Shown here: positions 23,248 to 34,953 of the stretch, piece by piece
Layout of the letters: every line of letters starts with the position of its first letter
How positions within the stretch are numbered: the first letter of the stretch is position 1
Source of the DNA: Octopus sinensis
Taxonomy: Eukaryota
Length of the DNA stretch: 48,133 nucleotides
Reading direction: 5' to 3'
Assembly: GCF_006345805.1 (NCBI RefSeq)
Contig: NW_021834649.1
Span: forward strand, 1 to 48,133
Program-made: the position numbers and the translations under genes
The notes under the pieces: generated by a model
Told to the model about the DNA's origin: nothing
The model's database searches: none
Seen by the model: only the letters and a program-made list of their open reading frames with translations

Positions 23248-23297
23248 TAATAATAATAATATTTAACATTGATTTTGTTAACACTACCCATTCTTTA

Positions 23298-23335
<38 letters not shown>

Positions 23336-23360
23336 GAAGAAGAAGAAGAAGAAGAAGAGT
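22882..23360. repeat. (TAA)n microsatellite in three ~190-bp tandem units
   Basis: TAACATTGAWTTTGTTARCACTACCCATTCTT recurs at ~22882, 23073 and 23265, each time followed by (TAA)n. Confidence 0.9.
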
Positions 23361-23372
23361 AATAAGAAAAAA

Positions 23373-23750
23373 AATGCTTTCTGATTGATGTATCAATACC
23401 GGCAGATGACAACGTGTCTCTAAAAGAAATGGAGAAACTCTCAAAATACAAAGACCTGGAAATAGAGGTAACTAGAATGTGGAATTTGAAAACAGAAACA
23501 ATTCCTATCATAGTAGGTGCATTAGGCATGATAAAAAAATATTCAGACAAATACATAACAAAAACACTAGGACTTACAAACACATATAACATACAGAAAA
23601 TTGCACTAATGGGCACTGCACACATCCTACGCAGAACACTTTCCATACAATAACCATCAGAGCATCACAACAAATCACAGCACATACCCAAGGCACACAG
23701 AGCTGCGCTCGGTAGTGAAGTGGAAGCACGATATAAAAATAAAACTACTG
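23373..23750 (+). mobile_element. 5'-truncated R4/Dong-like (RLE) non-LTR retrotransposon
   Basis: KCFLIDVSIPADDNVSLKEMEKLSKYKDLEIEVTRMW...IPIIVGALG...KIALMGTAHILRRTL is the C-terminal restriction-like endonuclease. A short 3' UTR runs into (TAA)n. Confidence 0.85.
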
Positions 23751-23782
23751 AATAATGATAATAATAATAATAATAATAATAA

Positions 23783-24339
23783 ATGCCCTGATGCAGTCCC
23801 AGGCAGTGGCTCTCATGGCTTCTGATCTTAACTGATTGGAAGTGTTATCATGTACATTGTTTTGTCTTGGTATAAAAAGATGGGCTACACCAAATATTCT
23901 GCTCAATACCACAGATTTGCTTGTCAGTTGTTTGACCGTAACCAGTTGAGCATGTCCCTTAGTGGCTGACGATATGTGCATCTCTGATCATGAGCAGAAG
24001 TAGTTGGGGAGCATCATAGCCATGTGTTGAGAGGGATTCTTTGGAGTTTGAATAATTCACCTCTGGAAACATGGGTGGTTCTTTCAACATCCTTAAACAA
24101 CACTTATTCAGGGACCTGTTGAGCGGGATGGGTTACTCAACCTGAAGAAAATTCTAACTGGGCCCCACCTGCAAGGTCATGTGCTGTTTATCTTGATATG
24201 AGATCACCATGTCGCGCACATATGGTTGTGATGCATGTGCCTAGTGTACCCTTATCAGAGGGGTAGTCATGATGGGTATATTGGGCTTTGTATATTTTAC
24301 CCCAGTGTCACTTTGATGGCATGAACTGCTCTCTCACTC

Positions 24340-24394
<55 letters not shown>

Positions 24395-24960
24395 TTAATA
24401 ATAAAATGCCCTGATGCAGTACTAAGCAGTGTCTCTCATGGCTTCTGATCTTAACTGATTGGAAGTGTTATCATGTACATTGTTTTGTCTTAGTATAAAA
24501 GATTGGCTACAGCAAATATTCTGCTCAATACCACAGATTTGCTTGTCAGTTGTTTGACCTTAACCAGTTGAGCATGTCCCTTTGTGGCTGACGATATGTG
24601 CATCTCTGATCACGAGCAGAAGTAGTGGGGGAGCATCATAGCCATGTGTTGAGAGGGATTCTTTGTGGTTTGGATAATTCACCTCTGGAAACATGGGTGT
24701 TTCGTTCAACATCCTTAAACGATCCTTATTCAGGGACCGTTTAGCGGGATGGACTGCTCAACCTGAAGAAAATTCTAACTGGGCTCCACCTGCAAGGTCA
24801 TGTGCTGTTTATCTTGATATGAGATCACCATGTCGTGCACATATGGTTGTGATGCATGTGCCTGGTGTACCCTTATCAGACGGGTAGTCATGACGGGTAT
24901 ATTGGGCTTCGTATATTTTACCCCAGTGTCACTTTGATGGCATGAACTGCTCTCTCACTC
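23783..24960 (+). mobile_element. Two copies of an unclassified ~555-bp element, each bounded by (TAA)n
   Basis: 23783-24339 and 24406-24960 share identical ends (ATGCCCTGATGCAGT...CTCTCTCACTC) and are roughly 90% similar by eye; no long ORF. Strand is assumed from the (AAT)n tail. Confidence 0.8.
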
Positions 24961-25018
24961 AATAATAATAATAATAATAATAATAACGACCTCGCTCGAA
25001 TCTTTTTACACTACCTGT

Positions 25019-25081
<63 letters not shown>

Positions 25082-25121
25082 CCTACCTACCTACCTACCT
25101 ACCTACCTACCTACCTACCAC

Positions 25122-25154
<33 letters not shown>

Positions 25155-26016
25155 GGGCGTCGACTAGAAATTCCTAACCCGCCTTTTCAGGACGACGTTC
25201 GGGCCGGGGCCTATGGATAACTTCCAAAGATCCCTGGCTTGGTAGTGCTATCGAGACGCACTACCTGTTCGAGAGAAGAGCTACAGGCACGGTTCAAAAA
25301 CCATCACCGGACCGACCTGCCCGAGATGCGGTCAGAGCAACGAAACCGTTCTGCACACACTCGTGCAGTGTCCAGATATTTCAGAGCTGTGGACCTTCGT
25401 CGAACAGCTGTTGTCACGTGTAGGTCAGGCCCACCTATCGGCCGAGTCTATCGTGAATATTGTTCCACCACCTTCTTTTAAACGGGAAGGGAAAATGGTT
25501 TTCGTTACGCTGATGGCTATGGCGAAAGAATGTGTGTGGTGGACGCGTTTGAAAGGGCTACAAACAAATACCTTCCTCTCTGGTCAGTCTCTCGTCAACT
25601 TTTTCAAGTACCACTTGAAAAGGAGGATGAGAATAAAGAGGAAGGCTTTGTTGAACGAATGTTTTAATAAAAAGTGGGTAAAAGTGGCAAAAATGGTCAG
25701 TATGAAAGACGACACTATTTTAAGTGCAAATGTGTAACCAAAAGAGACAACGAGAAGTAAGGTGACTCATGTGTTCATTTTCGAACTGTCTGAGGTGACC
25801 GTGGTCTTTTGCGTAGGTTTTTCTTTCCCACGCTACACCCAAACTGTGAACTTTATATATATTGCTTTTTTATACACCACATAACCCACAGATCCCTATT
25901 GATCGAACGTTTTTTCTTTGTGTGTCTCACCCATCCCACCTCGAAAAGAAAAAAACTCTACATTGTATTTCGTCCATTTTTTCTGTGTTAAGCCCTGTGT
26001 GGCCACAATAAAAAGT
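25155..26016 (+). mobile_element. Tx1/L1-clade LINE, 5'-truncated copy A (diverged subfamily)
   Basis: Homologous to 29730-30750 (SAESIVNIV.PPSFKREG, LKGL.TNTFLSGQSL.NFFKYHLKR). Flanked on both sides by (TATC)n; ends CCCTGTGTGGCCACAATAAAAAGT. Confidence 0.88.
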
Positions 26017-26858
26017 TATCTATCTATCTATCTCTCTATCTACCGATCTTTCTATCTGTCTATCTATCTATCTATCTATGACGACAAGAGAAGCACACCA
26101 AGCTAATCCGTCATCAACCAAAAACCACTCAACACCTGAAAAAATACCAACACCACCAACAACAGCAAGAACCAAAGGAACAGAAAAACAAAGAAAACAC
26201 AAAAAAACTGACCCCCCATCCCTTATACCGCACTCAACACACACAAACACTCAACAACCAACAACAACGAAAACAGCAACACAACCACTTACACAGACAT
26301 ACATAGAAGCCTACAACATACCCCTACCCCCTTCTGATTCCTCAGAAATTTCGTCGGAAGACGAAACCAGTGAGGAATGGCAAATAGCTACAAAAAGAAG
26401 GAAAATAAAGAGCAGAAACACAACCAAACCAAATGCAAACACGAACAAAGCAGGGGGAAATACATCTCCCGAAGACATTTCAAAACCCAACGCAAACAAC
26501 AGCCACACCAACACCACAAAAATATATACAGCAAACATGCTCACAGCTATAGACACCAAAAACACAAATTTGATGGAATACATCCAATCAAAACAAACAT
26601 AACAGAAGATGACATAAAAACAAACAATCACCCATACACAACACCACCAGACCACATCAAAATATTACACATCTCCAAAAGTCTGCACCACACACTCAAA
26701 GGCATTTTCCCCAGTGCGGTTGGTAAATGCCAAAAATATCTCACAAAGAAACTGTACTGGGATCTCCTCGAGGACAAACCAAAGGAGGAGAAAGCAAAAA
26801 CTTTCGAGCAGTAAGTAACCCTCTGTTCCTTTCACTTGTATTCTAATTCATTAGGATT

Positions 26859-27810
26859 ATGATCAAGATTGGTTGTGTAAATGCGCGTGGCTTGGGGTCC
26901 CCTTGGAAACAAGGGTACCTCTTAAACGACATAAAGTCACATAAGTTAGAAATCATAGCCATAAGTGAGACTAGACTCCACAATCCGCGGGCCCTAAAGA
27001 CCATGTGTGGCGGACAGTTCAACATTTATTTTTCCCCCTGTCTGCCGAGAATGGGCGGTAGTGGCACCGCGGTACTTTTTCGCAAGAGTCTAGATCTCAA
27101 AGTAAGGACAATATTCGTAGACCTGGAGGGTAGACTGGTCGTCCTGGATGTCGACGGCAGCAATGGGTGCGCTTTTCGACTCGTATCAGTCTACGCACCA
27201 CCCTTAACAGCTTGGGCGGATTTCTTTCAACGTCTAGAAGTATTCTTGGGAACGTCTCGTCCTTTACTCTTAGTGGGGGATTGGAATGCTACCTTGGACA
27301 CGCATGTAGACTACGTGGGTAGAGATAGGAATAGACGGGGATGCAAATGCCTCAGAGACCTGCTCAGACACTTTCAACTGTCTGACAGGTTCCAACTAGA
27401 CCACCCGAATGCGCCAACGTGGACATGGAGCAACTGCATCGGGTCGTCGAGATCGTATCTAGATAGGATACTGTGTAGGACAGTAGACAGAGATAGCATA
27501 GGATGTCCACAATTCCACATAGTCAGCTACACGGATCACAAACTTGTGACATGTACGCTAGACTTAGGTAAAACACTTAGGCAGGGTCCCGGATACTGGA
27601 AACTAAACGCGTCTTTCCCATCGAGACAGGTTTTCAGAGACCGGATTAGCACACTAGTAAAGAGGGCTTTGACGGGAGCCATCATCAACAACAAATGGTG
27701 GTTTGCCCTCAAGAGAGCAGTAAAAGCAGAAGCGATTAGGTACAGCAAAGCACTAGCCATAGATAGAAATAGAGTAGAGGGTGAGCTAGTTAAGAAGCTA
27801 GAAGCGGCAT
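26859..27810 (+). pseudogene. ORF2 apurinic-like endonuclease domain of the Tx1-like LINE
   Basis: NARGL, SETRL, VYAP, GDWN, YLDRI and SYTDH motifs; frameshifted near 27810. Confidence 0.93.
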
Positions 27811-28005
27811 CGCATCCGACGTTTTGGCGGCGAGGTTGGCCCTCGAACAACACTTCAACGCCAAACAGGAAGGATGTGCTGTCAAAGCTAGGATACGTGC
27901 TCTAAGGAACGAAGGTGTTGGAGCTGCGAGAGAGGCCTGGGTGGCAGAGGCGCAACAGGGCAACAAAGCCACCATTCGGTCCCTGGTAGATGAACAGGGC
28001 GCGAA

Positions 28006-30230
28006 TTGCTCGAGCCAAGTAAAATGTGTGAGGCCTTTCAGCAGCATTTTGCCCGACTGTTCGGGACGAGTGGAGGGCAAGAACGTAGGGTGGACTTCAG
28101 TGCCTACCTACATAGCCTACCACGACTCTCGACAAGAAAGGCAGGGTGCTGTGAAGGTGCCATCACGGTGGCGGAAGTGCAGGACGCGATGGCAGAATGC
28201 TCGAGGGACAAATCATCGGGTTTGGATGGTCTGCCCTACGAGCTTTACAATTGTATGCCAGACTTGTTTGGAGATCTCTTGGTGGCGGTGTACTGCAACT
28301 GGCAGCAAAACGGGAGCATTCCTGGTTTTGTGAGCCGAGGAGCCGTAACACTGCTGAAGAAAGATCGAAATAAGGGAAATGTAATAGATAACTTTAGGCC
28401 CATCACTCTGCTCAATGCAGACTTGAAAATTTTGGCCAAGGTGCTAGCCAAGAGGTTGGCGCTTGTCATCGAGAAACTGGTCGACAAGGCGCAAACATGC
28501 GCCGTGCCAGGCCGGACCATCCATGACAACCTCCACCTAATGCACTACATCATAGACAGGGTAGTTAACGAACCTGGCATGGGTGGGGCGCTGATCAATT
28601 TGGATCAATCGAAAGCTTTTGATAGGGTAGACCATCGATACTTGCAGGCGGTCCTCAGAGCGGCTGGCTTCGGTCCCGTCTTCCGCGGCTGGATAGCTGC
28701 TTTGTACAGAGGCATCCGTTCAGTAATTCACGTGAATGGACATCTATCGAGACCCTTCGACATCGCACGTTCGGTCCGTCAAGGATGCCCCCTCTCGTCG
28801 CTTCTATACGTATTGACTCTCGAGCCATTATTGCGGAAGCTGGCAACTTTGAGGGGTATCCAGCGAGAATGGGGATGCGGGACGAGTGTGTCTGCATACG
28901 CGGACGACGTCACCGTCATAGTGTCTAGCCACGAGCACATCGAGCAGGTCGGCGAGACACTGAAAAACTACGAAGCGGTGACAGGAGCGAAAATCAACCG
29001 GGAAAAGTCAGTGGGCTTGCGACTAGGCACCTGGAGAAGCAAGCCCATGCTGTCCACCAGCGCCTCCGTCGTGGGACGCTGGACCGACGGCCCGGTTGAG
29101 TTGCTCGGGGTCTGGTTTGGTCCGGACCTCCAAGTGGAGAAGAACTGGAACGAGATAACGAGTAGGGTGATCACTCTCGCCTGGCAATGGGCCGAGAGGA
29201 AACTGTCCCTAAAAGGTCGGGCGGAGGTGGCGAACACGTACATCGCGTCCGTCATCTACTACCGCCTGACCGTCGTACCTTGTCCCGAACCTACCATCAC
29301 CAAACTACAACGCATTCTCTTTCGCTTCTTGTGGAAAGGATGCATCCCGATGGTCAGGCGATCCATTTGCTGTCAACACCCGTTAAAAGGAGGGCTGGGC
29401 ATGCCGTGGTTGATGATGCGCAGACACGCGCTGAGACTGCGACATCTCTGGCTTTATGTAGACGACGGTGAACAGGTGTGGTCGCCGTTTGTGAGGCACG
29501 CTTTCCCGCAGCTCGTCTCCATGACCGAACTGCAGTCGTGGATCAAAAAGAGGCCGAGGAAGGGCGAATGGCACCGCGAGTGTCGCGTTGCTCTCAAGCA
29601 ACTCTGCCGTCCTGGGTCGACCTTGAGCGACTTCAACACAACCAAAGCATCCTATAGGGGATTAATGGAGGGGAGGTACGACGACGAGCTCGGGGCGAAC
29701 CTGGACGTCGACGAGGAGTACCTGACCCGCCTGTTCAGGACGACTTTCGGGCCAGGGCCCATGGACAACTTCCAGAGATCCCTGGCCTGGCAGTGCTACC
29801 AAGAAGCGCTACCCGTTCAGGATAAGCTCTACAGACACGGCTCGAGAAACACGGGGCCGACCTGCCCGAGATGCGGTCAGAGCAACGAAACCGTTCTGCA
29901 CGCACTCGTGCAGTGTCCAACAATTTCCGACCTGTGGGCTTGTGTCGAACAATGCTGTCACGTGTGGACGAGTCGGTTTATCAGCTGAGTCTATCGTCAA
30001 TATTGTCACGCCTCCTTCCTTCAAACGGGAAGGAAGAGCTATTTTCATCATCCTTGTGGCTATGGCGCAAGAAGTATCTGGTGGACGCGCGTCTGAAAGG
30101 ATTGGAGACAAACACTTTCCTCTCTGGTCAATCTCTCATCAACTTCTTCAAGTACCACTTGAAAAGGAAAGTGAGAGTAGAGAGGCAAGTTTTGTCTAGC
30201 GAATGTTTTAAAAAAAGATGGGTGATGTAG
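28006..30230 (+). pseudogene. ORF2 reverse transcriptase and C-terminal domains of the Tx1-like LINE
   Basis: GLDG, FRPITLLN.D.KI, DQSKAFDRV, RQGCPLS, AYADDV and LGVWF motifs; frameshifts near 28005, 29950 and 30080. Confidence 0.95.
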
Positions 30231-30757
30231 CAAGAATGGCACGTATATGAATGACGAAGCCACCTTGAGCATAATCCTATGAACCCAGAAATTGAAAACA
30301 GAGGGTTACCCACTTGCAAACATGTGGTAACATATAACAATATTGACCAAGGTTACCGTGGGTCTTTTTCGTAGGTTTCTTCCCACAGATAAACCTTACT
30401 TGCTTTCCCCTTTACACCATATATATCATAACACTGTGATACACGATCCCTATTGATCGTTCTTTTTTTATTTCCTCTTCCCCTTTTTTTTCCACTTTTT
30501 TCTTCTTTTTTCATTTCTCTTTTCTTTTATTCCTTTTCCTTTTCTTTTTTTCTTTTTTTTCTCTTTTTTTTTTTATTTTATTTACTTTTTTTTTAGTTTT
30601 TTTTGTTCTTTTCTTCCCTTTTACGATCCCTCTTGATCGAAAACCTACACCACCCCTTTTTTTTTTTTTTTTTTTCATCCCCCAAAAGAAAAGCTCTACC
30701 TTGTAACTTGTCCCATCTGTGTGCAGCCCTGTGTGGCCAATAAAGAAACTTATCTAG

Positions 30758-30788
<31 letters not shown>

Positions 30789-30789
30789 C

Positions 30790-31043
30790 ATGATCCCCTT
30801 TTTTCCTCTTTTTTCTTCTTTTTTCATTTTTCTTTTCTTTTGTTCCTTTTCCCTTTTTTTCTTTTTTTCTTTTCCATATTTTCTTTTTTTCTTTTTTTTT
30901 TGTTGTTATTTTTCCCCCTTTACGATCCCTTTTGATCGAAAACTTACACCACCTTTTTTTTTTCTTTTTCTCCCCCAAAAGAAAAGCTCTACCTTGTAAC
31001 TTGTCCCATCTGTGTGCAGCCCTGTGTGGCCAATAAAGAAACT
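30790..31043 (+). mobile_element. Tx1-like LINE 3'-end fragment (copy C)
   Basis: Repeats the last ~250-300 bp of copy B with the same 3' terminus, bounded by (TATC)n. Confidence 0.88.
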
Positions 31044-31062
31044 TATCTATCTATCTATCTAC

Positions 31063-31105
<43 letters not shown>

Positions 31106-31348
31106 CCTATCTACCTGTTTATCTACCTATCTATCTATCTATCTACCTATCTACCTGTTTATCTACCTATCTACTTATCTATCTATCTACCTACCTACCT
31201 GTTTGTCTGTCTGTCTATCACATTCTATCATCGTTTTCTTTGTCCCTTCTTTCACTCCCTCTTACAGGTGTTGTGACGGACGGAAAGACAGACAGACAGA
31301 GACCAGCTTCACTTTTATAATATAAATATTTCTATTTTCTATCAACAG

Positions 31349-31420
31349 CGAAAGTTCAAGGCAGAAACTGAAGTTGAAAATTGGATACAAAAATACGACC
31401 AAGACATGGGACAACTGCAG
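31349..31420 (+). CDS. IQCD: DRC10/IQCD coding exon 3
   Basis: TTTTCTATCAACAG|CGA...CAG|GTAATC; 24 codons, RKFKAETEVENWIQKYDQDMGQLQ, the hallmark DRC10 segment. Confidence 0.95.
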
Positions 31421-31425
31421 GTAAT

Positions 31426-32093
31426 CCGCCACCACCACCACCACCACAAATGCCACCACCACTACCATCGCCACCACCACCACTACTGCGACAACCACCA
31501 CCATCACCACCACCGCCGCCACCACCACCACCATCGCCACCACCACTACAACCGCCACCACTACTGCCATCACTACCGCCACCACCACCACCACCACTAC
31601 CACCACCCTGCCACCACCACCATCACTACCGCCGACACCACCACTACTGCCACAACCACAACCACCACCACCACCACCATCGCCGCCGACGCCACCATCA
31701 CCACCACCACCACCACCACCACCACCACTACCATCACCACCACCACTGCCACCACCACCACCACCACCACCACCACCATCGCCGCCACCACCACTAACAC
31801 CACCACCACCACCACTACCATCACCACCACCACTGCCACCACCACCACCACCACCACCACCACCATCGCCGCCACCACCACTAACACCACCACTGCCACC
31901 ACCACCACCACCACACCCCCCATCGCCGCCACCACCACTAACACCACCACTACCATCACCACCACCATTAACACCACCACCATCACAACCACCGCTGTCA
32001 CCATCGCTGCCGCCGCCGCCACCGCCACCACCGCCAGCACCAGCATTCCCCCCACCACCAGTACCACTCCCACCACCACCATCACTACCGCCA

Positions 32094-32149
<56 letters not shown>

Positions 32150-32360
32150 ACCACCACTTCTACCACTAATACTACTCCTACCACCACCATAGCCGCTTTC
32201 ACAGTACTCACAAATGTTGCTCTCCTATGACTTACTGCTCTCTCCTCCTTTGTTCTACCTGCCCTAAATTCTTCTGCTCTCCTTTTGTCTCCGTCCATCC
32301 CCCCTACCACCTCTTCCACCTCCACCTCCTCCTCCTCCTCCTCCACCTCCTCCTCCTCTC
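31426..32360. repeat. (CAC/CCA)n trinucleotide low-complexity tract and (CCT)n
   Basis: Visible directly; gives poly-H/T/P/V ORFs in all frames. Confidence 0.95.
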
Positions 32361-32413
32361 CTTCTGGTTTCTTCTCTTGCAATCTCCTACTTTCTCCTGC
32401 GTAAATTTATACA

Positions 32414-32577
32414 GGGGCATAGGAGTGGCTGTGTGGTAAGTAGCTTGCTTACCAACCACAGGGTTCCGGGTTCAGTCCCACTGCATGGCACCTTGGGCAA
32501 GTGTCTTCTACTATAGCCTCGGGCCGACTGAAGCCTTGTGAGTGGTTTTGGTAGACGGAAACTGAAAGAAGCCTGTC

Positions 32578-32637
<60 letters not shown>

Positions 32638-33045
32638 GTGCAGGAGTGGCTGTGGGTAAGTAGCTTGCTTACCAACCACAGGGTTCCGGGTTCAGTCCCA
32701 CTGCGTGGCATCTTGGGCAAGTGTCTTCTACTATAGCCTCGGGCCGACCGAAGCCTTGTGAGTGGATTTGGTAGACGGAAACTGAAAAGAAGCCCGTCGT
32801 ATATATATGTATTTATATATATATATATGTGCGTGTGTGTGTTTGTATGTCTGTGTCTGTCCCCATAGCATCGCTTGACAACCGATGTTGGTGTGTTTAC
32901 GTCCCCGTCACTTAGCGGTTCGGCAAAAGTGACTGATAGAATAAGTATTAGGCTTACAAAGAATAAGTCCCGGGGTCGATTTACTCGACTAGAAGGCGGT
33001 GCTCCAGCATGGCCGCAGTTAAATGACCGAAACAAGTAAAAGACT
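32414..33045 (+). mobile_element. SINE family A with duplicated head (head-(TA)n-head-(TA)n-tail)
   Basis: Heads at ~32414-32580 and 32640-32800, tail at ~32850-33045. Confidence 0.88.
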
Positions 33046-33230
33046 AAAATAGTTAGGAGAGTAAGGGGAACAAACTCAGAGACGAAACTACACAGACATA
33101 CAGACGTACATACATACATATATACTCTTTACTTGTTGCTGTCATTTGACTGCGGCCATGCTGGAGCACCGCCTTTAGTCTAGCAAATTGATTCCGGGAC
33201 TTATTCTTTTGTAATATTCTTATGTATATA

Positions 33231-33742
33231 CTAGCAGTATCGCCCGGCGTTGCTCGGGTTTGTAAGGGAAATAACTATATAAGCATTTTTAGAGAGTTAC
33301 TTCCCTTATAGATGCCAATTCGGGCTTTCTTAGCCATTTCTGTTTTGGTGTCTTCAAGTCATGAAGTCGTTGTTCTAAAAGAACGCTGGTCTCCTTGACA
33401 ACGCTTTACGACGTTGATTTCCTTACACTCCCTTCCCCACAGCTTCACGAGGGAGGGAGAAGGGGGAGAAGCAAACAGGTGCAGGTGTGACCATGGACGC
33501 CAACTCCGCCGCCATCGACACACGAAAAAATTATGCATTAAAATGGAATAAAAAATGATGTTAAATTATTTTTAAAATCGTAGACTCATCGTAGACGCGC
33601 GCTAATACTCAGACGGGCTCGATATGAATCACGACTATAAGATACCCGAATTTGGTTTTTAAATGCACCGCAAAATGTGGGAGTAGTTAGGAATCTAAAT
33701 CGAAGGGGACAGACACTCACACAACTACAGTTTTATATATGT
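33231..33742 (-). mobile_element. Helitron of the same family as 20449-21048, with ~215 bp of extra internal sequence
   Basis: 3' CTAG + hairpin at 33231-33262; 5' region matches at 33540-33740; the segment ~33310-33525 is absent from the tandem copies. Confidence 0.85.
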
Positions 33743-33879
33743 ATATTTACCCAAAATTAATTCACGAAGGTGTCATTAATTCTATTATTATCCAATGTAA
33801 CAGTTTAGAAAAATGATAATAACAGAATCAATGATACAGGCGATAGCAGGTCAGAAAATAGCATTAATTAGCCAAGGGA

Positions 33880-34202
33880 TTAAAATTAATCAAAGGACAT
33901 ACTAGGTATGTCAACCTGCTTGAAATAACAGTCAAAACTCTTATTATTAAATCACCAAAAATACACCGATGGAAGCAACAGAGATCAAACGAAGGCAAAA
34001 TCATGTTAAGATAATCTACTAACATACATTTAAGTATTTGGACTCACGTGGATCGATTTCTGCATTGGTAAAATAAAACCTTAGCTTCTTCAGCACATGC
34101 TTTCTGTAGATTTCATCGGTGTATTTTTGGCAATTTAATAAGAGTTTTGACTGTTATTTCAAGCAGGTTGACATACCTAGTATGTCCTTTCATTAATTTT
34201 AA
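33880..34202. mobile_element. MITE with ~95-bp TIRs
   Basis: TTAAAATTAATCAAAGGACATACTAGGTATGTCAACC... (33880-33974) is the near-perfect reverse complement of 34111-34202. Confidence 0.85.
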
Positions 34203-34366
34203 ATTTTATATGTATATATATATATACTCTTTACTCTTTTACATGTTTCAGTCATTTGACTGTGGCCATGCTGGAGCACCGCCTTTAGTCGAGTAACTCG
34301 ACACCGGGACTTATTCTTTGTAAGCCCAGTACTTATTCTATAGGTCTCTTTTGCCGAAATTGCTAA

Positions 34367-34516
34367 GATGATCCGGTTCCGACTGAAGATTAGAGGCTTC
34401 GAGTGACCTGTCTGTTTTTTTTTGTGTCGTCTCTTTGTGTGTTTTTGCGTTCTTGTCCCACTTTGTAATTTATATTTTATATTTAATTTCTATACATATA
34501 TATATATAAATATGTA

Positions 34517-34554
<38 letters not shown>

Positions 34555-34920
34555 TATAATATATATATATAATATATATATATATATATAATATATATAT
34601 TTAAAAAAAGAGATGTGGAACACGAGTTGTGATATATAAAAAGGAAATGAAGAAAATGCTGACAAAAAATTAAGTAATTTAAGAATTTAATTAGGTGGAA
34701 AGTTCTTTTTACCGGTTGCGCATTTGTTATGCTTATCAAAAGATTAGAGTTCCTTTCTGATAGATTTTTTCCTCAAGATGATCCGGTTCCGACTGAAGAT
34801 TAGAGGCTTCGAGTGACCCGTCTGTTTTTTGCGTTCTTGTCCCACTTTGTAATTTATATTTTATATTTAATTCCTATACATATATATATATATAAATATG
34901 TATACATTTGTATTTATTAT

Positions 34921-34953
<33 letters not shown>

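Larger units (their letters stand above)
26080..30750 (+). mobile_element. Tx1/L1-clade LINE, long copy B (3' part of ORF1 + ORF2 with frameshifts)
   Basis: Low-complexity ORF1 tail at 26080-26814, then APE endonuclease, RT and Cys/His motif CPRC..ETVLHALVQC. T-rich 3' UTR ends CCCTGTGTGGCCAATAAAGAAACT, followed by (TATC)n. Confidence 0.93.

Noticed and set aside
31262-32382. Poly-Val/Pro/His ORFs
   Set aside because: Products of a (CAC)n tract in all frames.
34367-34412. CTGAAGA...CGAG as a hammerhead core
   Set aside because: No GAAA at the right position, and no consistent stems I-III could be drawn on either strand.
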